A DNA stretch of 63,938 nucleotides, the filler included, from Octopus bimaculoides (Eukaryota), in NCBI RefSeq assembly GCF_001194135.2. It is 4 parts of 4 records of this genome, joined end to end, with 100 filler letters (N's around TTAATTAATTAA, not from the genome) between each part and the next. Parts side by side here need not be neighbours in the genome. Positions count along the whole stretch, not along the records: positions 27,336 to 38,597 come from NC_069005.1; positions 38,698 to 49,236 come from NC_069006.1; positions 49,337 to 63,938 come from NC_068987.1; 1 more part is not named here. One strand, 5' to 3'. Below the pieces are notes generated by a model. The model was given only the letters and a program-made list of their open reading frames with translations, had not been told where the DNA came from and searched no databases. The position numbers were made by a program, and so were the translations under genes. Below, in pieces: positions 36,234 to 49,549 of this stretch. Every line of letters starts with the position of its first letter. The first letter of the stretch is position 1.

Positions 36234-37614
36234 TATATATATATGGCGAATGAAAGACGGAAGATGGGATATATATAAGTGTGTGTGTGTGTATGTTGGA
36301 CTGAATTGAATTTGAATGATCATATTCAGTCCACTGCAGTACGAAGGCCTCAGCNNNNNNNNNNNNNNNNNNNNNNNNNNNNNNNNNNNNNNNNNNNNNN
36401 NNNNNNNNNNNNNNNNNNNNNNNNNNNNNNNNNNNNNNNNNNNNNNNNNNNNNNNNNNNNNNNNNNNNNNNNNNNNNNNNNNNNNNNNNNNNNNNNNNNN
36501 NNNNNNNNNNNNNNNNNNNNNNNNNNNNNNNNNNNNNNNNNNNNNNNNNNNNNNNNNNNNNNNNNNNNNNNNNNNNNNNNNNNNNNNNNNNNNNNNNNNN
36601 NNNNNNNNNNNNNNNNNNNNNNAACATATCAACAAAGCATTTTTAAAAATAAGACATTTCGGCGCCTTTTCCCACTCGAAAACAATTCTGCGTTTTGGGT
36701 TAAGAAAAATGACTTTTACACATTAAGTTAGGGATCTAGTTTTTCTCATTCGTAAAAATGAGCCCCACTTAATTTTTTTCAGATATTGCTTTCAATTTTG
36801 GTGTATCAATGCAACTCTAAATTTTGATTACGATCAACCAATTACTTTATCTCGTACATTAAAGAATCTGATGTTATTGGACATTAAAGTTGGGAAATTT
36901 GGGTAATTTTAACCAATCAACAGACAGCATGGCATTAGCAGCTTGTTACCATGACAACCACACGCTGCGTTTTTGTTCACTTTTGTCTGTGTTGATTTTT
37001 CACACTTAATTCTTCACACCACGAGATTCTTTTCAACCGCGTGTTTTGTTCTAGTTTTTCTGTGTTAGTGTATTACATATTTTTCCGTGCTTCTGTGTGT
37101 TAGTATTTTCCTGTGCTTTTTTTTCTCTCTGTTAGTATTTTTGCATATTTTTATTTTATATTATATTTTGGGGATTCATTGACTCAGATAACTGGATTTA
37201 TGATTTCACTAGGTTAATTCTGTTCATAAAAATTTAAATTAGGATTATTTCTTAAACCGTTAGCTTCACATTTCAACAGCTTAACTGAAATTTAGCCCAC
37301 GTAACAAGAACTGAGGGGGGTATCGTGGAACAGAGAAACCGTGGGTGATACAGATAATTTGACATTATTTTTGAATTTTGGCTAAAAATATAGTTTTTTT
37401 GGGGTGGGGGTTACACTTCTGTAACTTTTTTCTCCACAACATCAAACCTTCAAAGCAACGAGACTGGAAGGCTACATTATTATAGCCGATTTTCAGATTT
37501 TTTACTGTCTTTTTTAAAAAATGCATATTTTGCGAATGAAAAAAACTAGTTAGTAAAAATACTTTTGTTTTCTTACATTCTCTTCATTTCCTGTAATTCA
37601 GACCGACTCCTAGT

Positions 37615-38049
37615 CCTAGCAGACAACACGAAAAGGCGTGCATCGGAGGATGGCGAGGAAGATGCGCTGGAGCAACCACTCTGTGTCACAGGGCTCGCAC
37701 TTGCAGATAACCATCTCCGCTCCGATAGCGGTGAGCAAGGAAATGGCCTGGGGGTGGGGTCGAGAACGCTGGAGGTCTCCATTGCCACAGGCTCAACCAT
37801 AATCCTGTTAAAGAGCGATCGATACTTTGACAGTTTGCTCTTCTCAGCCCGACGAGCAGCGAAGTCTCGGCTGGTAGCTGAACACACCAAATTGCCGCTA
37901 GAGAAAGTGTTACAACATGTGGCATCCCAGATGACGGGCCAATCGCTACGGAACAGGAAAATTGTCATAACATCAGGCCTTTTATCGTACCTTCGGTCTA
38001 GCTTCGCTGGATCGAGCTGAGAAAGGAAGCCTGCGGCGTCCAGGTCATG
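37615..38049 (-). mobile_element. CRE-clade non-LTR retrotransposon C-terminal restriction-like endonuclease remnant
   Basis: DAAGFLSQLDPAKLDRRYDKRPDVMTIFLFRSDWPVIWDATCCNTF...AARRAEKSKLSKYRSL...EPVAMETSSVLDP, then after a frameshift EWLLQRIFLAILR. Matches the CRE pattern EP.GL.R.DGKRPDG..WD.TC..AE..K..KY..P.A.ET.G..QR.S.AI.RGNA as I recall it. Confidence 0.8.
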
Positions 38050-38546
38050 CTTTATGATACAATAGTCAACAATTTTTTTCAGTTTTCAGAGTTCCGTTGT
38101 CCAGAAATAAAATGCCACTTACTTTAGGCGAAAAGGCGTTTGCTTAAAAGTACAATAGTTGAAATTCTCATAATGTAATTCGCTAAAATCGAGGAACACA
38201 CAAACAACTAAACAGACTTTGAATTTTAGTATTATGTGTTTATATGTGAGTGTGTAAGGAGAGAAAGAGATAGATAGAGAGAGAGAGAGAGAGTGTGTGT
38301 GTGAGAGAGAGAAGGTGCGTGAGACAAAAATGGATAACTAGAGATGTGAATGTAGGTGTGTATATGCGTGTGTATATATATATACACATACACTCGCGCG
38401 CACACACATGCACTCACAGACACTCGCGCACACGCACGCACGCACGCACGTATGCACACGCACACACGTACGCACGCATGCACACGCACATATATATGTA
38501 TACGCGCACATACACACACACACAAACACGCACACATGCACTCACG

Positions 38547-38597
<51 letters not shown>

Positions 38598-38697
38598 NNN
38601 NNNNNNNNNNNNNNNNNNNNNNNNNNNNNNNNNNNNNNNNNTTAATTAATTAANNNNNNNNNNNNNNNNNNNNNNNNNNNNNNNNNNNNNNNNNNNN
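38598..38697. other. Artificial scaffold join N44-TTAATTAATTAA-N44
   Basis: Same linker as at 27236. Confidence 0.95.
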
Positions 38698-41600
38698 CGT
38701 CCGTACGTACATAAGTACGTTCGTTCTTTGCTCGTTCGTTCGTTCATTCGTACATATGTACCTACGTACGTACGTTCGCTCGTTCGTCCGTTCGTTTGTA
38801 CGTACGTTTGTTCGTTAATTCTTTCGTTCGATCATTCTATCGTTCTTTTGTTCGTCTGTTCGTTCGAACGTAAGTTCTTTCGTTCGTTCGTTGCTTAATT
38901 TCGTTCGTTTAGTCGTTCGTTCGTACGTACGTTAGTTCATTTGTTCGCTCGTGCGATCGTTCCTACATACGTACGGATATATGTACGTTCGTTCGTTCGT
39001 ACGTACGTTCGTTTGTTTGTTCGTTCGATCTTTCTTTCGTACGCAAGTGCGTACGTTTGTTCGTTCGTTCGTTCATTTTAATGTACGTACTACGATCGTA
39101 CGTACGTTCGTTCGTTCTTTTGTTCGTTCGTTCTTATGTTCGTTCGTACGTACCTGCGTTCGGACATACGTTGCTTCGTTCGCTCGATCGTACGTACGTA
39201 CGTTTGTTTGTTCATTCGTTGGTTCATTCTTTCGTTAGTTCGGTCGTTCGTTCGTTCGTTCCATCGTTACTTTCTTCGTACGTACGTTCGTTCGTTCGTT
39301 AGCACGTACGTACGCTCTATCGTTCGTACGTACTTACGTTCCTACGTTCGTTCCTTACGTCTGAACGTACGTACACACGTACCACCTTTTGTTCGTTGCT
39401 TCGTTCTTTCGTTTATTCGTACGTGCGCATGTACGTACGCACACACGTACGTACGCAGGTACGTACGTTCGAACGCACGTCGTACGCACATACGCACGTC
39501 ATACGTACGTTCGTTTGCTCGGTCGTTCGTACGTACCTTCGTTAGTTCTGTCGTTGTTTCGTTCTTTCGTTAGTTCGTTCGTTCGTACGTACGTTAGTTC
39601 GTACGTACGTTTTTTCTTCGTCCGTACGTACATAAGTACGTACGTTCGTTCCTTCGTTCATTCTTTGCAAATTCGTTCGTTCGTTCATTCGTACGTACGT
39701 TCGCTCGTTCGTCCGTTCGTACGTTTGGTCGTTTATTCTTTCGTTCGATCATTTGATCGTTCTTTTGCTCGTCTGTTCGTACGTACTTACGTTCCAACGT
39801 TCGTTCCTTCTTACGTATGAACGTAAGTACAAACGTACCACCTTTTGTTCGTTGCTTCGTTCTTTCGTTTGTTCGTACGTGCGCATGTATGTACGCACAC
39901 ACGCACGTACGCAGGTACGTACGTTCGTACGCACGTACGCAGTTACGTACGTTCGTACGCACGTACGCACATACGCACGTCATACGTACGTACGTTTGTG
40001 TGTTCGGTCGTTCGTACGTACCTTCGTTAATTCTGTCGTTCTTTCGTTAGTTCGTTCCTTTGTTCGTTCGTACGTACTTTAGTTCGTTCGATCGTTTTTT
40101 CCTTCGTCCGTACGTACTTATGTAACTACGTACGTAAGTATGTACGCACGAATAAACAAACGAACGTACATACGTACGTGCCTACGAATGAACGAACGAA
40201 CTAACGAAAAAATGAACCAACGAATAAACAAACAAACGTACGTACGTTCGAACGAAGGAACGTGCGTACGTAATAACGAACGAACGAACGAACTAACGAA
40301 AAAATGAACCAACGAATGAACAAACAAACGTACGTACGTACGATGGAGCGAACGAAGGAACGTGCGTACCTACGTACAAACGACCGAACGAACGTAGTAC
40401 GTACATTAGACTGAACGGACGAACGTATGCACTTGCGTTCGAAAGAAAGATCGAATGAACAAACAAACGAACGCACGTACGAACGATCGAACAAATCAAC
40501 TAACGTATTTACGTACGAACGACTAAACGAACGAAATTAAGGAACGAACGAACAAAAGAACGAACTAACAAAGGAACAAACTAACAAAAGAACGGACGAA
40601 CGTAGTACGTACATTAGAATGAACGAACAAACGAGCGAACGAACGTACGTCCGAACGTAGGTACGTAAGAACGAACGAAAGAACGTACGAAAGAAAGATC
40701 GAACGAACAATCGAACAAACGTACGTACGGACGAACGCACGTCGTACGCACATACGCACGTCATACGTACGTACGTTCGTTTGTTGGTTCATTCTTTCGT
40801 TAGTTCATTCGTTCGTACGTACTTTAGGTCGTTCGATCGTTTTTTTCTTCGTCCGTACGTACTTATGTAACTACGTACGTAAGTATGTACGCACGAATAA
40901 ACAAACGAACGTACATACGTACGTACCTACGAACGATCAAACGAACAAACAAACGAACGTCCGTACGAACGATCGAACAAATCAACTAACGTATGTACGT
41001 ACGAACGACTAAACGAACGAAATTAAGGAACGAACTAACAAAAGAACAAAGTAACAAAAGAACGGACAAACGTAGTACGTACATTAAAATGAACGAACGA
41101 ACGCACGTCGTACGCACATACGCACGTCATACGTACGTACGTTCGTTTGTTCGCTCGTTCGTACGTACCTTCGTTAGTTCTTTCGTTCTTTCGTTCGTTC
41201 GTTCGATCGTTTTTTTCTTCGTCCGTACGTACATAAGTACGTTCGTTCGTTCCTTCGTCCGTTCTTTGCTCGTTCGTTCGTTCATTCGTATATATGTACC
41301 TACGTACGTACGTTCGCTCGTTCGTCCGTTCGTTTGTACGTACGTTTGTTCGTTAATTCTTTCGTTCGATCATTCGATCGTTCTTTTGTCCGTCTGTTCA
41401 TTCGAACGTGAGTTCTTTCGTTCGTTCGTTGCTTAATTTCGTTCGTTTAGTCGTTCGTTGGTACGTACGTTAGTTCAATTATTCGCTCGTGCGATCGTTC
41501 CTACGTACGGATATATGTACGTACGTTCGTTCGTTCGTACGTACGTTCGTTTGTTTGTTCGTTCGATCTTTCTTTCGTACGCAAGTGCGTACGTTTGTTC

Positions 41601-43819
41601 GTTCGTTCATTTTAATGTACGTACTACGTTCGTACGTGCGTTCGTTGGTTCATTCTTTCGTTAGTTCGGTCGTTCGTTCGTTCCATCGTTTTTTTCTTCG
41701 TACGTACGTACATAAGTACGTACGTTCGTTCATTCGTTCGTTCCTTCGTTCGTTCTCTGCTCGTTCGTTCTGTACGTTCGTTTGTTTATTCGTACGTACG
41801 TACGTTCGTGCGTTCGTTAGCACGTACGTTCGCTCTATCGTTCGTACGTGCTTACGTTCCTACGTTCGTTCCTTCTTACGTATGAACGTAAGTACAAACG
41901 TACCACCTTTTGTTCGTTGCTTCGTTCTTTCGTTTGTTCGCACGTGCGCATGTACGTACGCACACATGCACGTACGCAGGTACGTACGTTCGTACGCAGG
42001 TACGTACGTTCCTACGCAGGTACGTACGTTCGTACGCACATACGCACGTCATACGTACGTACGTTTGTTCGGTCGTTCGTACGTACCTTCGTTAATTCTG
42101 TCGTTGTTTCGTTAGTTCGTTCGTTCGTACGTACTTTAGTTCGTTCGATCGTTTTTTTCTTCGTCCGTTCTTACCTATGTAACTACGTACGTAAGTATGT
42201 ACGCACGAATAAACAAACGAACGTACATATGTACGTGCCTACGAATGAACGAACGAACTAACGAAAAAATGAACCAACGAATGAACAAACAAACGTACGT
42301 ACGTACGAACGATGGAGCGAACAAAGGAACGTGCGTACGTAATAACGAACGAACGAACTAACTAACGAAAAAATGAACCAACGAATGAACAAACAAACGT
42401 ACGTACGTACGAACGATCGAGCGAACGAAGGAACGTGCGTACGTAATAACGAACGAACTAACGAAAAAATGAACCAACGAATGAACAAACCAACGTACGT
42501 ACGTACGATGGAGCGAACGAAGGAACGTGCGTACCTACGTACAAACGACCGAACGTACGTACGAACGATCGAACAAATCAACTAACGTATGTACGTGCGA
42601 ACGACTAAACGAACGAAATTAAGGAACGAACGAACAAAAGAACGAACTAACAAAAGAACAAAGTAACAAAAGAACGGACGAACGTAGTACGTACATTAAA
42701 ATGAACGAACGAACGAACAAACGAACGAACTACGAAAGAAAGATCGAACGAACGTACGTACGAACGAACGCACATACGTACGTACGTTCGTTTGTTCGCT
42801 CGTTCGTACGTACCTTCGTTAGTTCTTTCGTTCTTTCGTTAGTTCGTTCGATCGTTTTTTTCTTCGTCCGTACGTACATAAGTACGTTCGTTCGTTCCTT
42901 CGTTCGTTCTTTGCTCGTTCGTTCGTTCATTCGTACATATGTACCTACGTACGTACGTTCGCTCGTTCGTCCGTTCGTTTGTACGTACTTTTGTTCGTTA
43001 ATCCTGTCGTTCGAGCATTCGATCGTTCTTTTGTTCGTCTGTTTGTTCGAACGTAAGTTCTTTCGTTTGTTCGTTGCTTAATTTCGTTCGTTTAGTCGTT
43101 CGTACGTACATACGTTAGTTCATTTGTTCGCTCGTGCGATCGTTCCTACATACGTACGTATATATGTACGTACGTTCGTTCGTTCGTTCGTACGTACGTT
43201 CGTTTGTTCGTTCGATCTTTCTTTCGTACGCAAGTGCGTACGTTTGTTCCTTCGTTCGTTCTTTTTAATGTACGTACTAAGTTCGTTCGTTCTTTTGTTC
43301 CTTCGTTCTTATGTTCGTTCGTACGTACCTGCGTTCGGACGTACGTTGCTTCGTTCGCTCGATCGTACGTACGTACGTTTGTTTGTTCATTCGTTGGTTC
43401 ATTCTTTCGTTAGTTCGGTCGTTCGTTCCTTCGTTCGTACTTTGCTCGTTTGTTCGGTACGTTCGTTTGTTTATTCGTACGTACGTTCGTTCGTTCGTTC
43501 GCACGTACGTACGCTCTATCTTTCGTACGTACTTACGTTCCTACGTTCGTTCCTTCTTACGTCTGAACGTACGTACACACGTACCACCTTTTGTTCGTTG
43601 CTTCGTTTGTTCGTTCGTTTGTTTGTACGTACGCAGGTACGTACGTTCGAACGCACGTCGTACGCACATACGCACGTCATACGTACGTACGTTCGTTCAT
43701 TCGACCGTTCGTTCGTTCGTTCGTTCTTAATTCGTTCGGTCGTTCGTTCGTTCGTTCATTCGTACATACGTACCTACGTACGTACGTTCGCTCGTTCGTC
43801 CGTTCTTTCGTACGTACGA
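38698..43819. repeat. CpG-rich (TCGT/ACGT)-derived satellite with higher-order blocks and internal inversions
   Basis: Continuous TTCG/TACG/CGTA units; diagnostic blocks recur in both orientations; bounded by gaps on both sides. Confidence 0.95.
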
Positions 43820-46057
43820 NNNNNNNNNNNNNNNNNNNNNNNNNNNNNNNNNNNNNNNNNNNNNNNNNNNNNNNNNNNNNNNNNNNNNNNNNNNNNNNNN
43901 NNNNNNNNNNNNNNNNNNNACGACGATTATAATTAATGATGATATGATGACGATATCAATGATGATGATGATGATGACGAGAACTTCGATGATTACGATA
44001 AAAATGACGATTATAATGAAGATGAGTATGACGACGACGATAATAATAATAATAATATTAATATTAATAATAATTATATTAATAATAATAATAATAATAA
44101 TAATGAAAATAATATTGGCGACAACGACGACGATGATGATGATGATGATGATGATGACAACAATGATGATGATAATAAACCAGCATCGAAAATAGATTAA
44201 TTAAATTCAGCATGTTTGTTTACTGAATGGTTTTTACCTTTGACCTGTGGTGGGTGGAGCAAGAGTTAAGAGGTCATAGTCAGATGATGAAGAGGTCGTT
44301 GCAATTTTGTATGGAATCACGGGAAAGAAAAAAACAAATATTCGACAAACAAACAAACGAATAAAACTAAAAAGAAAAATGCTATTTATTTTATAGTTTA
44401 TTTATTAGTTTAGCTGTTGTTGTTGTTGCTGTTTATGTTTGTTTATCGAAATCTAATTAGATATTGATTGATCTCTAGGAATTGTTATATAGATAATGGG
44501 GGGGCGGATGGGGGGGAGGTAGAGAAAAGTAATTTTCTCTCTGGGTTATGGTGGTGGTGGTGGTCATGGTGACGGTGGGAGGTGGTTGTAGCGTTGTTCT
44601 TGTTACTGTTGGAGGTGCTGTGATGGAGGTAGTACTGGTGGTGAGAGCAGACGTAGTGGTCTTGGTAGTAGCTGTCGGTTGTGCCGGTGCAGGTTATAGT
44701 GGTGCTGTTGGCGGTGGTAGTGGTGTTAGTGTTGCTGTTGTTGTTCTTGCTGGTGGTGGTGGTCATGGTGTAGCTGGTAGTGGTGAAGTGGTGCTTGGTA
44801 GAGGTAGTAGTTGCTAGTGGTGAGGCTGTTGGTAGTGGTCGTAGTATATGATGTTGTTAAGTTGGGCGGGAGTCGGAGGCGGAGGTTGAAAATGCCAAAG
44901 GAAATGGTGGTAGCAGTAAGTTTCGGGGTGGATTTTTCTGGGTAGCAACGTGTGATTTGAAGACATATAACAACAACAGCTACAACTACTACTACTGCTG
45001 CTGCGGCTTCTTCTGCTATCGCCACCACCGCAGCCATTGAGTTCAGCAGTTCGAGAATGACATCAGCATCATCAACGTCTCTATTCTCAGAGGCTGCGAA
45101 GGGTATTCGTTTTAAAGGGACATCATCCTCATCAGTGTAACCGATCTCGATGAGGGCCTAAGAATGCAATGGGCACGAGACCTTCATCCAGATCAAAGCC
45201 TATATAGAGAGAGTAGAAGAAAAACAAACAAACCGAGCGCTCCATTTCTTGTCCGGCTGGAATCATCAGCTGAGTGCCGCGCTTCGCCGAGATTTCGGCC
45301 CNNNNNNNNNNNNNNNNNNNNNNNNNNNNNNNNNNNNNNNNNNNNNNNNNNNNNNNNNNNNNNNNNNNNNNNNNNNNNNNNNNNNNNNNNNNNNNNNNNN
45401 NNNNNNNNNNNNNNNNNNNNNNNNNNNNNNNNNNNNNNNNNNNNNNNNNNNNNNNNNNNNNNNNNNNNNNNNNNNNNNNNNNNNNNNNNNNNNNNNNNNN
45501 NNNNNNNNNNNNNNNNNNNNNNNNNNNNNNNNNNNNNNNNNNNNNNNNNNNNNNNNNNNNNNNNNNNNNNNNNNNNNNNNNNNNNNNNNNNNNNNNNNNN
45601 NNNNNNNNNNNNNNNNNNNNNNNNNNNNNNNNNNNNNNNNNNNNNNNNNNNNNNNNNNNNNNNNNNNNNNNNNNNNNNNNNNNNNNNNNNNNNNNNNNNN
45701 NNNNNNNNNNNNNNNNNNNNNNNNNNNNNNNNNNNNNNNNNNNNNNNNNNNNNNNNNNNNNNNNNNNNNNNNNNNNNNNNNNNNNNNNNNNNNNNNNNNN
45801 NNCACCACCACTACAGATTTGCACTCTTATTTATTGCAATATTCCCGTGTTCTAAGGTCAGGAAGGGCACCATTTTTAGATGCGAATATAATTAACCAAC
45901 ACCACCATCACCTTCATCGTCATCATCATCATTAGCATCAACAACGACTCAGTTTCATTTATATTTATATTTGTTGTTTATCTTATTTATTTCAATATTT
46001 CCAATATTCTGGAGTCAGGGCAGGATTCATCTTTGTTACGTTTTGATTTCGGAGTAA

Positions 46058-46088
<31 letters not shown>

Positions 46089-46230
46089 TATTATTTATTA
46101 TTATAATATAATGTAATATAAATATTATTGACTGACTGGATAGACACCACCGAATAAATAGATAAATCATTATAACAACCACCACCACCACCACCACACC
46201 ATTACACTACGACTATTACTACAACTGTCA

Positions 46231-46264
<34 letters not shown>

Positions 46265-46873
46265 CAGTAGCAGCACCACCACTACTGGTGCTGCTGCTAC
46301 TACTACTATTACTACTACTGCTGTTACTACTACTACAGCTGCCGCTATTATTACATCACCACCACCACTATCATCATCTCTATGAGAATATATAGAGAGG
46401 GTAAGCTTTCTCCTCATCCACTGCATCCCCCTCCGCCTCATCCCCATCGTGATTCCAATCATCAGCATCATTTTCTTCATCGCCATTGTTCTCATTTTCA
46501 TCCTATCACCATCACAATTAACAATAACAACAATAATATTATTATTATTAATAATAATAATAGTAATAATGCGTTCATTATTTTTTCTATATATATATAT
46601 GTGTGTGTATGTATTTGAATATTTTTATATTAGTAGTATGAGAAATCAGGTCATGTCATGTCAGGTCATATGAGGTCGTGTATGTCTTATGTGTAACAAA
46701 TGAACCATTGTGCTATGTACAACAGTCATAAATATGTCATAACAAGGCAGCAGTAGTCATAAAGATGTCATAGGATGAGCGAGTCATAAATATTTCTGAC
46801 TGTCATCTCATTGAAGATTGTGGAGTCAAATGGCGTGACACGAAAACTGTGTTGTTGTGGTATGGTGAGATGT

Positions 46874-47097
46874 GATGTTTAGTGTCGTGTGGTTGTGAGG
46901 TGATGTTTAGTGTCGTGTGGTTGTGAGGTGATGTTTAGTGTCGTGTGGTTGTGAGGTGATGTTTAGTGTCGTGTGGTTGTGAGGTGATGTTTAGTGTCGT
47001 GTGGTTGTGAGGTGATGTTTAGTGTCGTGTGGTTGTGAGGTGATGTTTAGTGTCGTGTGGTTGTGAGGTGATGTTTAGTGTCGTGTGGCTGTAAGGT
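46874..47097 (+). repeat. 28-bp minisatellite, 8 copies (GATGTTTAGTGTCGTGTGGTTGTGAGGT)
   Basis: Unit starts at 46874, 46902, 46930, 46958, 46986, 47014, 47042 and 47070. Confidence 0.95.
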
Positions 47098-47697
47098 GAT
47101 GTGTTTGTGAAAGGATGTGTTGTGAGGTGATGTGTAGTGTTGTGTGGTTATGAGATGCTGTGTAATGTTGTGTGGTAGTAAGGTGATGTGTAGTGTTGTG
47201 TGGCTGTGAGGTAATGTGGAATGTTGTGTAGTTGTGAGGTTACGTGCGTTGTGTAGTCGCATGTAGTGTGGTGTGTGGCGTTGTGATTTATAGCGTGGTG
47301 ATGATGTGTTGCAGGCCATTGTCTACTGTTGTGAGTCGATGTCGTGTATGGTGTGATTACGTTTGTTGAATGTTGTGCCCTCGTGTTGTGTCTTGCTGTG
47401 CAATGTTGTGAGTTGTGTTGCATTGTGTACTGCGAGTTCAAGAGTTGTACGAGGTGTTGTTGTGTATTGCTGGGTGTTGTGTTACTACAAATTCGACTGA
47501 TACCTGTGACAGAGAGAGTGTTGTAGTATTATGACGTTTGCTGTGGCGTATTGTGTTGTGTTGCATTGTGACGCTGTCTTGTGGTGTGAGTTTTGCGTGT
47601 GATGTTACCCTATATTTTCTATTGGTTTTTGTGTGTTGCTATGTCTGGTGCGGTGCTTGGTATTACGTGTTGTGTTGGAGTATTAAGTTCTATGTGT

Positions 47698-48068
47698 GGA
47701 GGTACAATGGCCCAGTGGTTAGGGCAGCGTACTCGCGGTCATAGGATCGCGGTTTCGATTCTTCCCAGACCAGGCGCTGTTAGTGTTTATTGAGCGAAAA
47801 CACCTAAAGCTCCACGTGGCTCCGGCAGGGGATGGTGGCGAATCCTACCGTACTCTTTCACCACAACTTTCTTCCTGTTTCTGTTGTACCTGTATTTCAA
47901 AGGGACCAGCCTTGTCACACTCTGTGTCACGCTGAATCTCCCCGAGAACTACATTAAGGGTACACATATCTGTGGAGTGCTCAGCCACTTGCACGTTAAT
48001 TTCACGAGCAGGCTGTTCCGTTGATCGGATCAACTGGAACCATCGCCGTCGTTAGCGACGGAGTGCCA
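47698..48068 (+). mobile_element. Full-length tRNA-derived SINE family C (~370 bp)
   Basis: A box TGGCCCAGTGG 47708-47718; B box GGTTTCGATTC 47751-47761; long non-tRNA body; head repeated at 52842. Confidence 0.8.
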
Positions 48069-48895
48069 CGATGTTGTATGTAGCGTTGTTGTAGGTTCTT
48101 TCACTGTATGGGTATAATACTGCATTTGTTCCAGCGTGTTGTATTTGTAATACGACATATTCGTATAAGATATGTTGATTGTGGTCGTGTTATGGCCTGT
48201 TGGGGTAGTACAGTGGTGTGCACAACGCCTGACTCCTCAACCTTATCTCAATTCTCCACTGGTTTAACACGGCCCTGCCTTCATTTTCCGTTTATGATTT
48301 ATGCTATTCTTTCTATACCCACTCTACTGATCCCCGATTCTGCCCCCGCCCCTCTCACACCATAACCGAAACCACCCCACACCTATCTCTTTCACTACAA
48401 GCCCCACCATTAATGTTGTACTTTTAACGGAATGATCACACACACACACACAGACACACACACACACACAGACACACACACACACACACACATTAATATA
48501 TGCAAAAAGCAAGGATATATTAAAAAAAAAATCCGCACTCCCCAACTCCTCACTCGCAAAAATAATAATCTTCATTCAGCTTATAGAGATAATGAGATGT
48601 AATTGAAGAAATAAAATAAAAAAACAACACCTCTACCCACCAGGAATATTAATAACTAGCAAATTATTTTCCCCCCATTACATTATGATTATGTCAAATA
48701 TGATTATAAATTTATACATTTACGTATATATATAATTTATATGTGTGTATGTATGCATAATGCTATTATATGTATATATATAATTTATATGTGTGTATGT
48801 ATATGTGTATTATATATATATATATAATTTATGTGTGTATATATATATATGTGTATTATATATATATATAATTTATGTGTGTATATATATATGTG

Positions 48896-48937
<42 letters not shown>

Positions 48938-49236
48938 ATGTATACATAATGTATATAATGTATATATATGTGCGTTTGTAGATACATGCATATTCATACA
49001 AGCACACACACGTATACATGCATATGTATATCTATCTATTTATCTGTGCGTGTGTACGTATATGCGTATATGTACACATGTATTATATATATGTATACAC
49101 ACTCACAAATGTCTGCATATATGAATGGATGTACGTACGTATACATATATGCCTATATGAATATATATATATATATATATATATATGCATATATAGATAT
49201 ATATATATGCATATATATATATATATATATATATAT

Positions 49237-49336
49237 NNNNNNNNNNNNNNNNNNNNNNNNNNNNNNNNNNNNNNNNNNNNTTAATTAATTAANNNNNNNN
49301 NNNNNNNNNNNNNNNNNNNNNNNNNNNNNNNNNNNN
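49237..49336. other. Artificial scaffold join N44-TTAATTAATTAA-N44
   Basis: Same linker as at 27236. Confidence 0.95.
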
Positions 49337-49549
49337 TATATTCAATAAGACATATTCCATATATTCAATAAGACATTCAATACTTTATTTCATAGTACCA
49401 TCCATTTTTATTTTATATTATATATTGTGTATTCCATATTCTATATCCCACATTGGTTTTGCAGGAATATAAATAAAACATAAAAAACAGACAGTGTTGG
49501 AGCTCTTTTTAAAAAAATTATATCTATATATATATATATATATACATAT

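Noticed and set aside
36623-37560. AT-rich flank of the CRE fragment resembling a DNA-transposon interior
   Set aside because: No matching TIR pair or TSD found; the left end is in a gap.
37565-38020. 151-aa plus-strand ORF as a host gene
   Set aside because: The opposite strand carries clear CRE RLE motifs, so the ORF is best explained as its antisense shadow.
38951-43936. FVRS/RTNE-rich ORFs up to 270 aa
   Set aside because: Translations of the tetranucleotide satellite, which rarely makes stops; present in all frames.
46874-47097. 28-bp repeats as a CRISPR array
   Set aside because: The repeats are contiguous with no spacers, and the context is eukaryotic.
47698-47775. tRNA-like A/B boxes as a tRNA gene
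   Set aside because: No acceptor stem closure; continues into a SINE body and is multicopy. The same applies to the SINE A, B and D heads.
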